DNA of 63,818 nucleotides, counting the filler, from Acidimicrobiia bacterium (GTDB taxonomy: Bacteria > Actinomycetota > Acidimicrobiia > Spongiisociales > JAHEDJ01), in the NCBI GenBank assembly GCA_029210695.1. It is 3 parts of 3 records of this genome, joined end to end, with 100 filler letters (N's around TTAATTAATTAA, not from the genome) between each part and the next. Parts side by side here need not be neighbours in the genome. Positions count along the whole stretch, not along the records: positions 1 to 28,021 come from JARGFH010000050.1; 2 more parts are not named here. One strand, given 5' to 3'. Positions within the stretch are counted from its first letter, which is position 1. The number at the start of each line of letters is the position of its first letter. This document shows, piece after piece, positions 1-10,044 of the stretch. The translations under genes and the position numbers were made by a program. A model generated the notes under the pieces. That model was not told the DNA's origin. It searched no databases and worked only from the letters and a program-made list of their open reading frames with translations.

Positions 1-80
1 GCGTAGTAACCATCAGATTGGCAGAGCCCTCCTAATCAACCGGGAACCCCTACACCCCGCTCAATTCCGAAGCGCCAGAA

Positions 81-650
81 ATGACGAGTATGCGCCTCGG
101 TCGCCTGTCGGCGATCGTCGTAACCATGATGCTGCTGGCCGCCGCATGCGGCGGCGGTGCGAGCGACGGAGATCCTGCATCGATCCCACCCAATGACAAT
201 CCGGGAGAGACCCCGGGGGTTTCGGCCGCCTGCATCGAGGGCGAGCCCGACTGCAACGACACGCTCGTTGTGGGCGAGGAACCGCAGGATCTTCCGAACG
301 AGGGCGAAGAGCCGGTGGTCGGCACCGGCGGGGGTGTCGTTTCCTCGGGCGGGATGCTGGTCGACGGTGGCCTGACGGTGTCCGAAGCGCTGACCACGGA
401 CGCCACCGGCACGATCGCGGTCAAAGGGTTTCTGGTGGAGGACGGGTCCGGTGCCCGGCTGTGCGAGGCACTGGCCGAGTCGTATCCGCCGCAATGTGGT
501 GGCGCCTCGATCCCTGTGGTCGGCTACGAAGAGGTTCTCAGCGCTCCGCTCAACACCGCGGAGGGAGTCAGCTGGACCGACGACAACGTGTCACTACTCG
601 GCGAGGTCATCGACGGCACACTCGTGGTCAATGCGGCGGTGTCGGGGTAG
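81..650 (+). CDS. Hypothetical lipoprotein
   Basis: Signal peptide with lipobox LAAAC; acidic, Gly/Pro-rich mature part with two Cys pairs. Confidence 0.75.
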   Translation: MTSMRLGRLSAIVVTMMLLAAACGGGASDGDPASIPPNDNPGETPGVSAACIEGEPDCNDTLVVGEEPQDLPNEGEEPVVGTGGGVVSSGGMLVDGGLTVSEALTTDATGTIAVKGFLVEDGSGARLCEALAESYPPQCGGASIPVVGYEEVLSAPLNTAEGVSWTDDNVSLLGEVIDGTLVVNAAVSG

Positions 651-654
651 TAGA

Positions 655-1896
655 TCACTCCTCGCCGACGATGAGGCGGGCGCTCCGCCCGTAGGTGAGA
701 TACGACTTGGCCCACTCAAACAGCACGACGGCGCGGTTCCGGAAACCGATGAGGAACACGAGGTGGATGAAGAGCCAGGCGAGCCACGCCGGGTACCCAG
801 ACAAACTGAATCCGTGGATCTCGGCGATGGCGGCGCGGCGACCCAGCGTCGCCATCGTCCCGCGATCGATGTAGCGGAATGCGGGCGCCGGGCGGCCGTC
901 CAAGCGGGCCTTGATCGCCCCGGCCGCGTGGCGACCCATCTGGATGGCAGCCGGCGCGACCCCGGCAATCGGTCGGCCATCTTGCTCCACTCTGACCAGG
1001 TCCCCGATGACGAACACGTGCGGGTGGCCGGGAATCGATAGGTCATCCGTCACAAAAACCCGGCCCATCTCATCGACAGGCACTCCCAAATCTGCACCGA
1101 GGGGTGACGCCTCGACGCCAGCGGCCCATAGAACAGTGGCCGCCTCGATGCGCCGATCGCCGATCGACACCCCCTGCTCGTCGACGGCGGTTACCCGGCT
1201 TCCGGTCAGGACCTCAACGCCGAGTCGTTCCAGTTGGGTGCGCGCTTTGCGGGACAAAGCCGGACGATACGACGACAGGATGCGGTCGGCTCCTTCAACG
1301 AGCAGCACTCTGGCCAGACGAGGATCAATCCGGCGGAACTCACCCAGGAGCGTATGGCGCGAGATCTCGGCGATTGCACCCGCCAACTCGGCCCCGGTCG
1401 GCCCGCCGCCGATGATCACAAAGGTCAGCAGGGCGGAGCGCCGCCTTTGGTCGGATTCGACCTCAGCCTGCTCGAAAGCGCGCAGCAGTTTGGTACGGAC
1501 GGCTAGGGCGTCGTCGACGCTCTTGAGCCCCGGAGCGTGGGCTGCCCACTGGTCGTGTCCGAAGTAGCCGTCTCGGACGCCTGTGGCCAAGATGAGGAAG
1601 TCGAAAGGCAGGCCGTTTTGCCCCGCTACGTTCACGATCCGCCCGGCGAGATCGATGCCGGTGACCTCGCCCATCAGCACGGTGGCGTTGTGCTGCTTGC
1701 GCAGCACGCGACGGATCGGTTCGGCGATATCGATGGCGCTGAGCCCGGCCGTGGCGACTTGATAAAGGAGCGGCTGGAAGGTGTGGTGATTGCGGCGATC
1801 GATGAGCACCACTTCGACGGGAGCGCTCTCCAATGCCTTGGCTGCATTGAGACCGCCGAAACCGCCACCGACGATGACGACCCGCGGTGTCTTCAT
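655..1896 (-). CDS. ndh: Type II NADH dehydrogenase (NAD(P)/FAD-dependent oxidoreductase)
   Basis: VVIVGGGFGG, FQPLLYQVATA, IIGGGPTGAELAG, APAAIQMG and AWLAWLFIHL motifs; start moved to ATG 1896 (MKTPRVV). Confidence 0.9.
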   Translation of the reverse strand: MKTPRVVIVGGGFGGLNAAKALESAPVEVVLIDRRNHHTFQPLLYQVATAGLSAIDIAEPIRRVLRKQHNATVLMGEVTGIDLAGRIVNVAGQNGLPFDFLILATGVRDGYFGHDQWAAHAPGLKSVDDALAVRTKLLRAFEQAEVESDQRRRSALLTFVIIGGGPTGAELAGAIAEISRHTLLGEFRRIDPRLARVLLVEGADRILSSYRPALSRKARTQLERLGVEVLTGSRVTAVDEQGVSIGDRRIEAATVLWAAGVEASPLGADLGVPVDEMGRVFVTDDLSIPGHPHVFVIGDLVRVEQDGRPIAGVAPAAIQMGRHAAGAIKARLDGRPAPAFRYIDRGTMATLGRRAAIAEIHGFSLSGYPAWLAWLFIHLVFLIGFRNRAVVLFEWAKSYLTYGRSARLIVGEE

Positions 1897-1978
1897 GCGA
1901 CCGAGCGTACTTGATGCCGCTCGATAGTTCCCTTGGGGGCCCAGGCGTTGCGGGTCCCGATGGCCTGTCGCGAGCTGC

Positions 1979-2329
1979 TCAACTGCCGGTTTCTGTGTCC
2001 GTACCGAACACAACCCGCGGGCCACCAGGCCCGGCGGCGTAGTAGAGGTCGAATCCTTCCGCTTCGGAGGTCGTGACGGCGCACGTCAGGATCTGCTTGT
2101 GGAATCGTTCGAGCAGCCCCGTTTCGGCGAACGCGTCGGCTCGCGCTTTGTTTTCGAACCGAGTGATGACCAGAGCTTCCGACGGTTCGACCCTCGAGAG
2201 GTAGACCGCGTGGTGCTCGGGAGCCTCCGCCAGGCCCATTGCCGCCTCTTCCCACTGTTGAACATCCCGGAGGAACGCCTCCATCTTTCCGGGTTGCACC
2301 CGGCAACGCGTGGTGAGGATGTAGTGCAT
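1979..2329 (-). CDS. Antibiotic biosynthesis monooxygenase (ABM)-like protein
   Basis: 116 aa with RVQPGKMEAF, a pattern typical of dimeric alpha-beta barrel ABM proteins. Confidence 0.6.
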   Translation of the reverse strand: MHYILTTRCRVQPGKMEAFLRDVQQWEEAAMGLAEAPEHHAVYLSRVEPSEALVITRFENKARADAFAETGLLERFHKQILTCAVTTSEAEGFDLYYAAGPGGPRVVFGTDTETGS

Positions 2330-2378
2330 GGTTCGAACCTAGCGATCCGCGGCACCGCCGGCGGAGCGTTGCCGTCCC

Positions 2379-2816
2379 TCAGATGCCGTGGACCGGACCC
2401 GGTCCCAGGCCAAGCTTGGCGTGCATCTGGCCCATGCACCGGTCCATGATCACCATCAGGCCGGCCTCGGTGGCTAGGGCGGCGGCTTCCTCCGACACGA
2501 TCCCAAGCTGCAACCAGAGCACGTGCGCGCCGATTGCGATTGCGTTGCGGGCTATGTCGGGCGCCGACTCCGGTGGACGGAACACATCCACCACATCGAT
2601 CGGCTCGTCGATGTCCAGCAAACCGGCGTACGATTTCTCGCCGAACAACCGGGGATGGAACGGGTTGACCGGGATGATCCGGTACCCCTGCTCCTGAAGG
2701 TAAGCGGGAACGTTGTGAGCAGCCCGGGTCGGGTCATTGGAGGCGCCGACGACCGCGATCGTTTTCGCTTCCGCGTAGATGCGGCGAATCTCGTCGAGTG
2801 TTGCCGGAGTCCCCAT
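2379..2816 (-). CDS. CoA-binding protein (YccU-like)
   Basis: TIAVVGAS, GYRIIPVNP, DVVDVFRP, LWLQLGI and MDRCM motifs. Confidence 0.9.
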   Translation of the reverse strand: MGTPATLDEIRRIYAEAKTIAVVGASNDPTRAAHNVPAYLQEQGYRIIPVNPFHPRLFGEKSYAGLLDIDEPIDVVDVFRPPESAPDIARNAIAIGAHVLWLQLGIVSEEAAALATEAGLMVIMDRCMGQMHAKLGLGPGPVHGI

Positions 2817-2852
2817 GTCGATAGGGAGCCTACCTCGGCTAGGGTCGAAGTC

Positions 2853-2978
2853 ATGACCTCACCAGAGACCCCCAAAGAAGAAACCGTCATCGCCTTGACC
2901 CCGCCGCAGCTGATTGTGGTGTCATTGGTGATTCTGGCGGCCATCGTCCTGGGCAGGCGTCTCCGCAGGAAGGCGTGA
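2853..2978 (+). CDS. Small single-pass membrane protein (41 aa)
   Basis: MTSPETPKEETVIALTPPQLIVVSLVILAAIVLGRRLRRKA: hydrophobic helix plus basic tail; fills an intergenic gap. Confidence 0.5.
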   Translation: MTSPETPKEETVIALTPPQLIVVSLVILAAIVLGRRLRRKA

Positions 2979-3006
2979 CCGCGAACGTGTCTGCGCTGCC
3001 CCGCGG

Positions 3007-6000
3007 CTAGTCCCAATCTGATGTGAGGTCGCGGAGCTTCTGCACCGTGACACGAACCGTCGAACGGCCCCGCTCGAGTCCGACGGCCGCTCCGATTAGC
3101 GCCACACCGAGCACGATCACCGTTGCCCAGAGGGCAGGGCCACGGAACTGCGGGATGACCCTGGCCAGGGGAACTACCACTAGCAGCAGCGCTCCGGTGA
3201 CTACACCCCCCGACCCGATGACGAGCCGCCGGCGGATACGAATGAGCAAACCCCAGCCGGCCAGCAACGTTCCCAACAGCATCACCAGGAGCCCGTACGC
3301 AACCGAAATCTGAACCGTTTGCACCAGGGATGGGCCGAGGATGAGTAAGGCGGCCAGGGCGTCGAGATAAACGAGGATCGTCCCGGTCGGGCTGACCGTT
3401 CCGGCCCGGCGGCGAGTGAGGTCGCTGGTGACGGTCACTGCCAGACCGACCGGGACTGCAAACCACTGCGGGTTCCCGTCGGCCGCCTCCAATGCGAACA
3501 GCACCCAGGCGGCGGTGAACGACCAGACGGACCCTCCCAGGGCCACCGGTGAGGGCAACACCAGTCCGGCACCCAGCAGCTTGATCCCGACAGCGACGAG
3601 GACAACGATCAACGCCCAGGTTTCCGGGAGCAGCGTCAACCCGGTGATTCCGGCCACCAGATCGGCGCCCGCTGAAGCGAACAGCACCGGGCGACCCCAC
3701 ACCGACTCCCGGTTTGCCTTCAACCAGCCGCCGGCCAGTGCCAAGACCAGGCCGACTGCTGCCACCACTGCGACGGAGACCCCGGGGTTGGGTTGGCGGG
3801 CGTAGATAAGTGCAACTCCGCTGCCGAGTGCCGGGATCACCGTGACGTCTCGCAACCACGGCAGTTGGAGTGGGGAGGCTGCCAGGCCCAGTCCGATCGC
3901 CCACAAAGCCAATCCGGCTGCCAGCCCAGATCCAGTCTGAAGTCGATCGCCTGCCCCGCCGGTTGCTATTGCGGCCATTTCGCCGACGAGAGCTACCACC
4001 GCCCAGGGAGCCGTCACCCGGGCGAACGACGGTCGGGCACGAACCACCAACGCAAGAGCAAGAGCGAGACACCCGGCCCCGACGGCGGTGGCCGCGATCG
4101 CCGGGTCCGGCCACCACTCTTGCCAGGTGATCGCGGCCGCCCATCCCGATAGACCGAAGACGGCTGCGGCGCTATTCAGGCGGCTCGCTATCGGTTCATC
4201 GGAGAACATTGCCAGCGACGCCGACGCCGCCGACAGGGCGAGCAGCGCCAGGGTGAGCCATCCGTCTCCCGCTACCCAGGCCGCACCAATGAAGAGAGTG
4301 GCGGCACCAAACGTCCAGATCCAGCGGCGTAGCCCGACGGCGACGGTCGTTGCGAGAACGCCGAACGCCGCCCAGGTGAGCGGGATGTCGTCGAACCACA
4401 CGGCGGCGGCGATGGCGGCGGCTGCCGCCCCGTGGGCGACGACGAACGGAGGGAGATCCCATCGCTTCCACCATGCAACGCCGGAAAGGAATCGGGTCAG
4501 GCCGGCTGCAGAGGCACACAACAAACCTGCCCACACCGCGGCCGGCCACACCCGGTCACCCGTCAGCCAATCCAACTCGTATGCCCCCGACCAGACCCCG
4601 GCAGTCAGCAGTGCCCATCCGAGACCGGAGAGGGCGCCCATCGCCGCCAGGGCGGAAGCCGCGCCGGCTACGAGCGCAGCCCCGATAATCCAGGGCCACA
4701 TCACGTCCGGCGGTCGAACCAGTTCCACGCCGGTTCCGATCAGGGCACCCACAGCCCCCAGCGAGACGGCCGGAAGGACGTCGAGGCGGTCGATCAACTT
4801 GCGGTCACTGCCATAGGGTGCTTGTTGCCGGCGAACGGTGAGTGCCGCCAGCACCATCACCGAGCCCCAGATGAGCAAAACCCGGTGAAGGTCGGCGTCC
4901 GCCACCCCGGAATGGCGGGCGACCGACAAGGCCAGCCCACCGGTGGCCGCCCAGCCCGTCCAGGTCATCAGCGGGTGACGCAGGTTCGTTTCGATGGCGA
5001 CGATCGTGGCGGCCAGGAGGCTAAGCGTGATCATCTCGGGGAGCCGCGATCCGAGCGCCGCGCTCGCGCCGAGGACACTCCAGACAAACGCAGACCAGGC
5101 CACAATGGGTCCCAGATGCGGGCGGTCTCCCAGCAGACGAGACCCGGCCGCCGCAGTCAATCCCCAACCGGCGGCCACCACCGCCACCCACCGGGCACTG
5201 TCCTCTACCGATGCAGAGAGAATGGAGATGAACCACATCGGTATGAGCGACGCCGCCACCAGAGTGAGCCCGGCACCGACCGAGCTGCGCTCGACGCCGA
5301 CGACCCGGGACAGCAGTCCGAACAACCGGCCTTCGGCTGATCGCTCCCCGACGACGATCGACCACACCGCGCCGCCGGTGATAGCGCCCAGCACGGCCAC
5401 CAGCCACCAGCCGTCGGTGCGCCAGCCGAGTGCTGCCACTCCGGCCAGGTGTCCGATCGCTCCGATGTGGCCCGAACTGCGGACCGTCGAGCTCCAACCG
5501 ACTGCGGCAACGCCGCCGATCGCCAGAACAACGGGCGCCCAGCGCGGATCGATCGCGAATGCCCAGACGATCTGAACTGCAGCCCACGCGACCGCCGCCG
5601 AGGGCGCCCAGATCCCGAATCCCGGACCACGCCCGATCAGGAGGAAGACGGCCGCCGCGCCCAGAGACATGGCGATGAGGACCGCCGGATGGGCGTTGTC
5701 GATGGCGGATCCGATCAGCAGCAGGGTCGCCGCACCGAGCATCCACAATGTCAGGTAGGTGTCGTCGGAGCGCGCGCTTCGGACCAGTAGCGCTACCAGC
5801 AAGACGAAGCCCGTCACGATCGGCCATCCGATGTCCGGGCCGGCCCAGTCATTCAGCGCACCCACGGCCAGGAGAGGCAAGACGGCGCCGGCAGACTGCA
5901 ACACCGGTCGCAGTCCAGCGGCGAGGGGTCGGATCCGGCGATAGTGGGCCCAACCTGCTCCGGCGACGGTCGCGGTCAGGAGCCATTGCTCGGCCGATGC

Positions 6001-7464
6001 CAGCATGGCGACTACGTATACGGCGAGGGCGGCGAGGGTCGATTCGGAAGAGACACCACGGTGAGTCCACAATTCGACTGCTCCCAGCGCCCCGAGCGCG
6101 GTGACTGCCCCAACCGGGGATGGGTCCCAGGTCTGTGCGATGGCGATTGCTCCGGCTGCCCCCACCGCCAGTTGCCATGCCCACGGCCAGGGGATGGTGT
6201 GGCGGCGCAGATCTACGACCAGCACCACAGCCGCCGCCGCGACCAGCATCGGGACGGGCGGCCAGTCCGAGGTAGCCGCGAACAGCAGCGTCAGTCCGAA
6301 ACCGCCCGCTCCACCGGCGACCGCAACCGCGCTCGCAGCCTGGCCAATTGGGTTGTCTGTGAAGCGGCCGGCCACCAGTGTCGTGGCCGCCACCGCCACC
6401 GTCACCGCCGCGAACTGGGCAGCGGAGGTGCCCCTTTCGAAGGCGAGGCCGACGACCCCGGCCCCGGTCCACACCATCGGGGCCACGAGAAACCGGAGCG
6501 ATGTACGGGGCGAGCGCGTCGCGAACCACGCGTAGCCCGAGGCGAGCAGGAGTGACACGATGGTGAGTGTGACCACCAGCGCCTCATCGCCCGGATCCGG
6601 GGGAATCGGAGCGCCGTCTGCGAATGCGGCGAACAGGACAACCGGGGTGAGGAGTCCCCCGAGCAATTCGAGAGCGCCCGCCACAAAGGGTGTCCGGGCC
6701 CTGCGGAGGAAGGCCGCGGACCCGAACAGGGCAAGCGGGATCGTGACTTCGGCCACCGGCCGCAATGACGACCCGACGCCGCTGAAGGCGAAGATGACAA
6801 ACCCGACCACTCCCACGAACACGAACAGAACGCCGAGATACGCCAGTCCGTGCACGGCGAGATCCGATCGCAGTGCCGCCCAGGCTCCGGAGATGGCGCC
6901 GACCCAGTCGGGGGTCGGTCGTGGCTCCTTCGGGACCGCCGCAGGAGCCGGAACGTCCGGGATCGCTTGTCCCGGGAGCGGCGGCATGATCGGTCGGGTC
7001 GGGAGAGGCGGAAGGATGGGCGGTTGTGTGGAAGCGGGCCCGTGATCGGGGGGTGGCGGGATCAGGTCCTCGAGTTGTGGCACCGGCATCTCGGCGCCCG
7101 ATTCCCAGGAGCGATGGATGAGGAGCCGCTGGGCCGTTGCGTCGTCGATGACGCGGCGGGCGGCGGCGCGGCGGAGGAAGTCGGCGGCAGGGTCGCCGGC
7201 GCCGTGACTCGAACGCCGCTCCACGAGGAGCCATCCGACGACGCCACCCAGCACGACGGCGGCCGCGAGTGGAGCCCCGCTTCCGAATAGGCCGGCAGCA
7301 ACCGCCCCGAGGAGAACGGCGAAGATTCGTTTTCCGGGCGAAGGTCCGGCGTCACGAGCGGGGGCAAGGCCGGCCGCGTTCGTAGCCAGGGCTGTTCCGC
7401 AGCGTGTGCAGCTTGCTGCGCCGTCCTCATCGAGCGTCGAACACACCGGACAGATGGTTTGCAT
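3007..7464 (-). CDS. Very large polytopic membrane protein with N-terminal zinc ribbon (DUF2157/SCO7613-like)
   Basis: CPVC..CTRC at the N-terminus, Pro-rich linker, LAYLGVLFVFVG segment, then about 1200 aa of hydrophobic helices. Confidence 0.75.
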   Translation of the reverse strand: MQTICPVCSTLDEDGAASCTRCGTALATNAAGLAPARDAGPSPGKRIFAVLLGAVAAGLFGSGAPLAAAVVLGGVVGWLLVERRSSHGAGDPAADFLRRAAARRVIDDATAQRLLIHRSWESGAEMPVPQLEDLIPPPPDHGPASTQPPILPPLPTRPIMPPLPGQAIPDVPAPAAVPKEPRPTPDWVGAISGAWAALRSDLAVHGLAYLGVLFVFVGVVGFVIFAFSGVGSSLRPVAEVTIPLALFGSAAFLRRARTPFVAGALELLGGLLTPVVLFAAFADGAPIPPDPGDEALVVTLTIVSLLLASGYAWFATRSPRTSLRFLVAPMVWTGAGVVGLAFERGTSAAQFAAVTVAVAATTLVAGRFTDNPIGQAASAVAVAGGAGGFGLTLLFAATSDWPPVPMLVAAAAVVLVVDLRRHTIPWPWAWQLAVGAAGAIAIAQTWDPSPVGAVTALGALGAVELWTHRGVSSESTLAALAVYVVAMLASAEQWLLTATVAGAGWAHYRRIRPLAAGLRPVLQSAGAVLPLLAVGALNDWAGPDIGWPIVTGFVLLVALLVRSARSDDTYLTLWMLGAATLLLIGSAIDNAHPAVLIAMSLGAAAVFLLIGRGPGFGIWAPSAAVAWAAVQIVWAFAIDPRWAPVVLAIGGVAAVGWSSTVRSSGHIGAIGHLAGVAALGWRTDGWWLVAVLGAITGGAVWSIVVGERSAEGRLFGLLSRVVGVERSSVGAGLTLVAASLIPMWFISILSASVEDSARWVAVVAAGWGLTAAAGSRLLGDRPHLGPIVAWSAFVWSVLGASAALGSRLPEMITLSLLAATIVAIETNLRHPLMTWTGWAATGGLALSVARHSGVADADLHRVLLIWGSVMVLAALTVRRQQAPYGSDRKLIDRLDVLPAVSLGAVGALIGTGVELVRPPDVMWPWIIGAALVAGAASALAAMGALSGLGWALLTAGVWSGAYELDWLTGDRVWPAAVWAGLLCASAAGLTRFLSGVAWWKRWDLPPFVVAHGAAAAAIAAAVWFDDIPLTWAAFGVLATTVAVGLRRWIWTFGAATLFIGAAWVAGDGWLTLALLALSAASASLAMFSDEPIASRLNSAAAVFGLSGWAAAITWQEWWPDPAIAATAVGAGCLALALALVVRARPSFARVTAPWAVVALVGEMAAIATGGAGDRLQTGSGLAAGLALWAIGLGLAASPLQLPWLRDVTVIPALGSGVALIYARQPNPGVSVAVVAAVGLVLALAGGWLKANRESVWGRPVLFASAGADLVAGITGLTLLPETWALIVVLVAVGIKLLGAGLVLPSPVALGGSVWSFTAAWVLFALEAADGNPQWFAVPVGLAVTVTSDLTRRRAGTVSPTGTILVYLDALAALLILGPSLVQTVQISVAYGLLVMLLGTLLAGWGLLIRIRRRLVIGSGGVVTGALLLVVVPLARVIPQFRGPALWATVIVLGVALIGAAVGLERGRSTVRVTVQKLRDLTSDWD

Positions 7465-7565
7465 TGCCGTCTTTCTTCGTCCCCCTCAGCCTAAGTCCGA
7501 CGCAAGCAGCGGCCTATCAGGGATGGCCCCCAAAGGCGACTCGGGGACACCAGGGGGGTGAGGGG

Positions 7566-8129
7566 CTACTTCGTCCCGAACAGCCTTCGGAACAAACGGC
7601 TCAGCCATCCGGCGATGCTGGAGAGGAATAACGAGAGTCCTCGCACCTCCCTGGCCTGAACCGAGGCAGCCTCGGCTTCTGTGCCGGCTGCCAGCTTCGC
7701 CTCGAGGCATGCGACGAATTCATTGATGAGCCGGTTGGCCATCTCCTCCATTAGGCCGGTCCTACCGAATCGGGACGCCGCTCCCGAGAGGGTGATGTTG
7801 GCGTCGACGGCAACGACCGTCGCAGATTCGACGTCGCGCAGCCCGACCTCAACATTGACGCGGCCACGGCTTCCGCCCGTTCGGTCGACCCCGGAACCAG
7901 TCAATTGGATTTCCTTCGCAGCGTCGTCGTAGATAGCAGTCGCTTCGCCCTCAAAGGTCGGGTTCAGTGGCCCCAGCTTCACCGACACCAGGCCGGCGAA
8001 GACCCCGCCGCCCTTGTCCGCGGTGAGCTCCGCGCCCGGCATGCACTGTGCGACCGCGGGAACATCCTGAAACAGCGCCCAGACCTCCGGCAGCGGCCTA
8101 CCGACCTGGAACTCTTGCGCGAACTTCAT
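7566..8129 (-). CDS. coxG: CoxG/SRPBCC family protein
   Basis: VWALFQDVPAVAQCMPGA, VKLGP and LSGAASRFGR motifs; lies next to the cox cluster. Confidence 0.85.
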   Translation of the reverse strand: MKFAQEFQVGRPLPEVWALFQDVPAVAQCMPGAELTADKGGGVFAGLVSVKLGPLNPTFEGEATAIYDDAAKEIQLTGSGVDRTGGSRGRVNVEVGLRDVESATVVAVDANITLSGAASRFGRTGLMEEMANRLINEFVACLEAKLAAGTEAEAASVQAREVRGLSLFLSSIAGWLSRLFRRLFGTK

Positions 8130-9229
8130 GGGGTTCCCTCCTTTAGGCCCTCGTGGATGCCGGCCCGGCGATCTCGCAGCGGACTGCCTGAGCGTCCTCG
8201 TGCCACTGCCTGCATCTCGGCCAGAATCGCCCAGGCGACCTGCTCCGGGCCTTCTGCACCGATGTCGAGTCCGGCCGGTGCGTACAGCCTGGCCGGCTCG
8301 GCAGACGGCATCACCACGCCGTCCCGCTGAAGGTCCGTGATGATGCGGTCGGTGCGCGCCCGCGGTCCGAGCATTCCGATGTAACGAACGGGCGATGCGA
8401 TGAGACGGCGCAGGAACTCGACGTCCCGCAGGTAGTTGTGGGTCATCACGATGGCGTCGGTGCGACCGTCCAGCACGACGAGATCCGGGAGATCTTCGGC
8501 ACGGCCGGCAATCAGCGCGGTCGCCTGAGGGAACCTGTTGTGTGTGAGATATGCACCGCGGTCATCGACCACCGTGACTCGCCAGCCCAGTTCGGATCCG
8601 TAGCGCACCAGCGGTATGGCGTCGTGCCCGGCGCCGCACACGATCAGCTGGGGAGCAGGAACCTGCACCTCGATGAACGCGCGCAAGCTATCGGTCACCA
8701 GCTCGGAGTGGCGGCCGGCCGCGAGTGCTGCCCGCCCAGACTCCCGGGCGGCCCGGTCGTGGTCTTCGTCGCCGAGGCTGCCCGAAGTCTGGCCGCCGGC
8801 CCGGACGAAGAGCCGGGAGCCGATCCCCGGGCCGTCGACGACGGTGACCGCTGCCAATCCATGGCTCGCCTCCCGGGTGGCCGCCAGTTCCTCTATGAGC
8901 GACGTTGCAGAAGCGGCCGGCTCCACCAGCACCTCCGTGACCCCGTTGCATCCCAACCCGAACCCCCAGACTTCGTCGTCGTCGGCACTGAGATCGTAGG
9001 TGACGAAACGTGCCCGTTGGGATTCGATCACCTCACCGACGATGCGCACGAGATCGGCATCGAGACAGCCGCCGCTGACGGTTCCAACCGAGGTCCCGTC
9101 GGCGCGCAGGAGTTGCTTCGCCCCCGGGAGACGGTAGGTCGAACCGGAGACGCCGACGACCGTTACCAGCGCCCATGATGGGTCGGGCGCCCCTCTGACC
9201 GCCGACAGAATCTGCGACAGCTCGCTCAC
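8126..9229 (-). CDS. xdhC: XdhC/CoxF family molybdenum cofactor chaperone
   Basis: GSTYRLPGA, GTVSGGCL, GLGCNG, CGAGHDA, MTHNYLRD and APAGLDIGAEGP motifs; probable GTG start at 9229. Confidence 0.9.
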   Translation of the reverse strand: MSELSQILSAVRGAPDPSWALVTVVGVSGSTYRLPGAKQLLRADGTSVGTVSGGCLDADLVRIVGEVIESQRARFVTYDLSADDDEVWGFGLGCNGVTEVLVEPAASATSLIEELAATREASHGLAAVTVVDGPGIGSRLFVRAGGQTSGSLGDEDHDRAARESGRAALAAGRHSELVTDSLRAFIEVQVPAPQLIVCGAGHDAIPLVRYGSELGWRVTVVDDRGAYLTHNRFPQATALIAGRAEDLPDLVVLDGRTDAIVMTHNYLRDVEFLRRLIASPVRYIGMLGPRARTDRIITDLQRDGVVMPSAEPARLYAPAGLDIGAEGPEQVAWAILAEMQAVARGRSGSPLRDRRAGIHEGLKEGTP

Positions 9230-9495
9230 GGTGGATCCCCTTCGCGGAACACCGGCATCCCGACTGGCTCGACAATTAGATCGCAATCTACCGGTCATGC
9301 GGCCTCGGTGCCTGTGTAGGGTCAGTACCAGTCAACTTCTCGAGGTGGCGCATGGAACCGCAGACACGCGTGTTCGGCACACACATTGGCCGCCTCGGCG
9401 GCCGGTCACTTCGGTCGGTACATGTGGTCGGCTCGAAACGCGCCCCTCCCTGATCCCTGTCTGACCCGACCAATTCGACATGAGGAGGGACCGTC

Positions 9496-10044
9496 TTGAG
9501 AGTCACAATCACCGTCAATGGAACGACCAGAGAAACCGAGGTTGAGCCGCGCACGCTGCTCGTGGACTACCTCCGCGATGACCTGGCCCTGAGCGGCACC
9601 AACATCGGCTGCGATACCAGCCAATGTGGGGCTTGTACCGTCCACCTCGATGGCCAGCCGGTCAAGTCCTGCACCATCCTGGCCGTGCAGGCCGATGGTT
9701 CGTCGGTCACCACCATCGAGGGCCTGTCCGGCAACGATGGGCTCCACCCGATGCAGGCTGCCTTCCGCGAGATGCACGGTCTCCAGTGCGGCTTCTGCAC
9801 CTCCGGCATGATCATGGCCGCCGTGAAACTCGTCGAGGACGGCGGAGACCTGTCCGATCGTGGGATTCGGGAACGGCTCGAGGGCAACCTGTGCCGCTGC
9901 ACGGGCTACGAGAACATCGTTCGCTCGATCCGGCACTACGCCCGCGAGGTGGAGTCTCATGCGCCGCTCGAAGGCGATGAGGCCAAGCCACACCACCGGA
10001 CGTTGCTCGAAGCTGAGGAACTGGCGGCGAGGAGGCAATCATGA
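9496..10044 (+). CDS. coxS: Molybdenum hydroxylase small [2Fe-2S] subunit (CoxS/CutS)
   Basis: [20 protein letters not shown] and [19 protein letters not shown] precedes the TTG start. Confidence 0.95.
   Translation: MRVTITVNGTTRETEVEPRTLLVDYLRDDLALSGTNIGCDTSQCGACTVHLDGQPVKSCTILAVQADGSSVTTIEGLSGNDGLHPMQAAFREMHGLQCGFCTSGMIMAAVKLVEDGGDLSDRGIRERLEGNLCRCTGYENIVRSIRHYAREVESHAPLEGDEAKPHHRTLLEAEELAARRQS

Noticed and set aside
2552..4144. 530-aa and other long Arg/Pro/Gly-rich alternative-frame ORFs
   Set aside because: They overlap well-supported genes and lack motifs; stop codons are rare in GC-rich off-frames.
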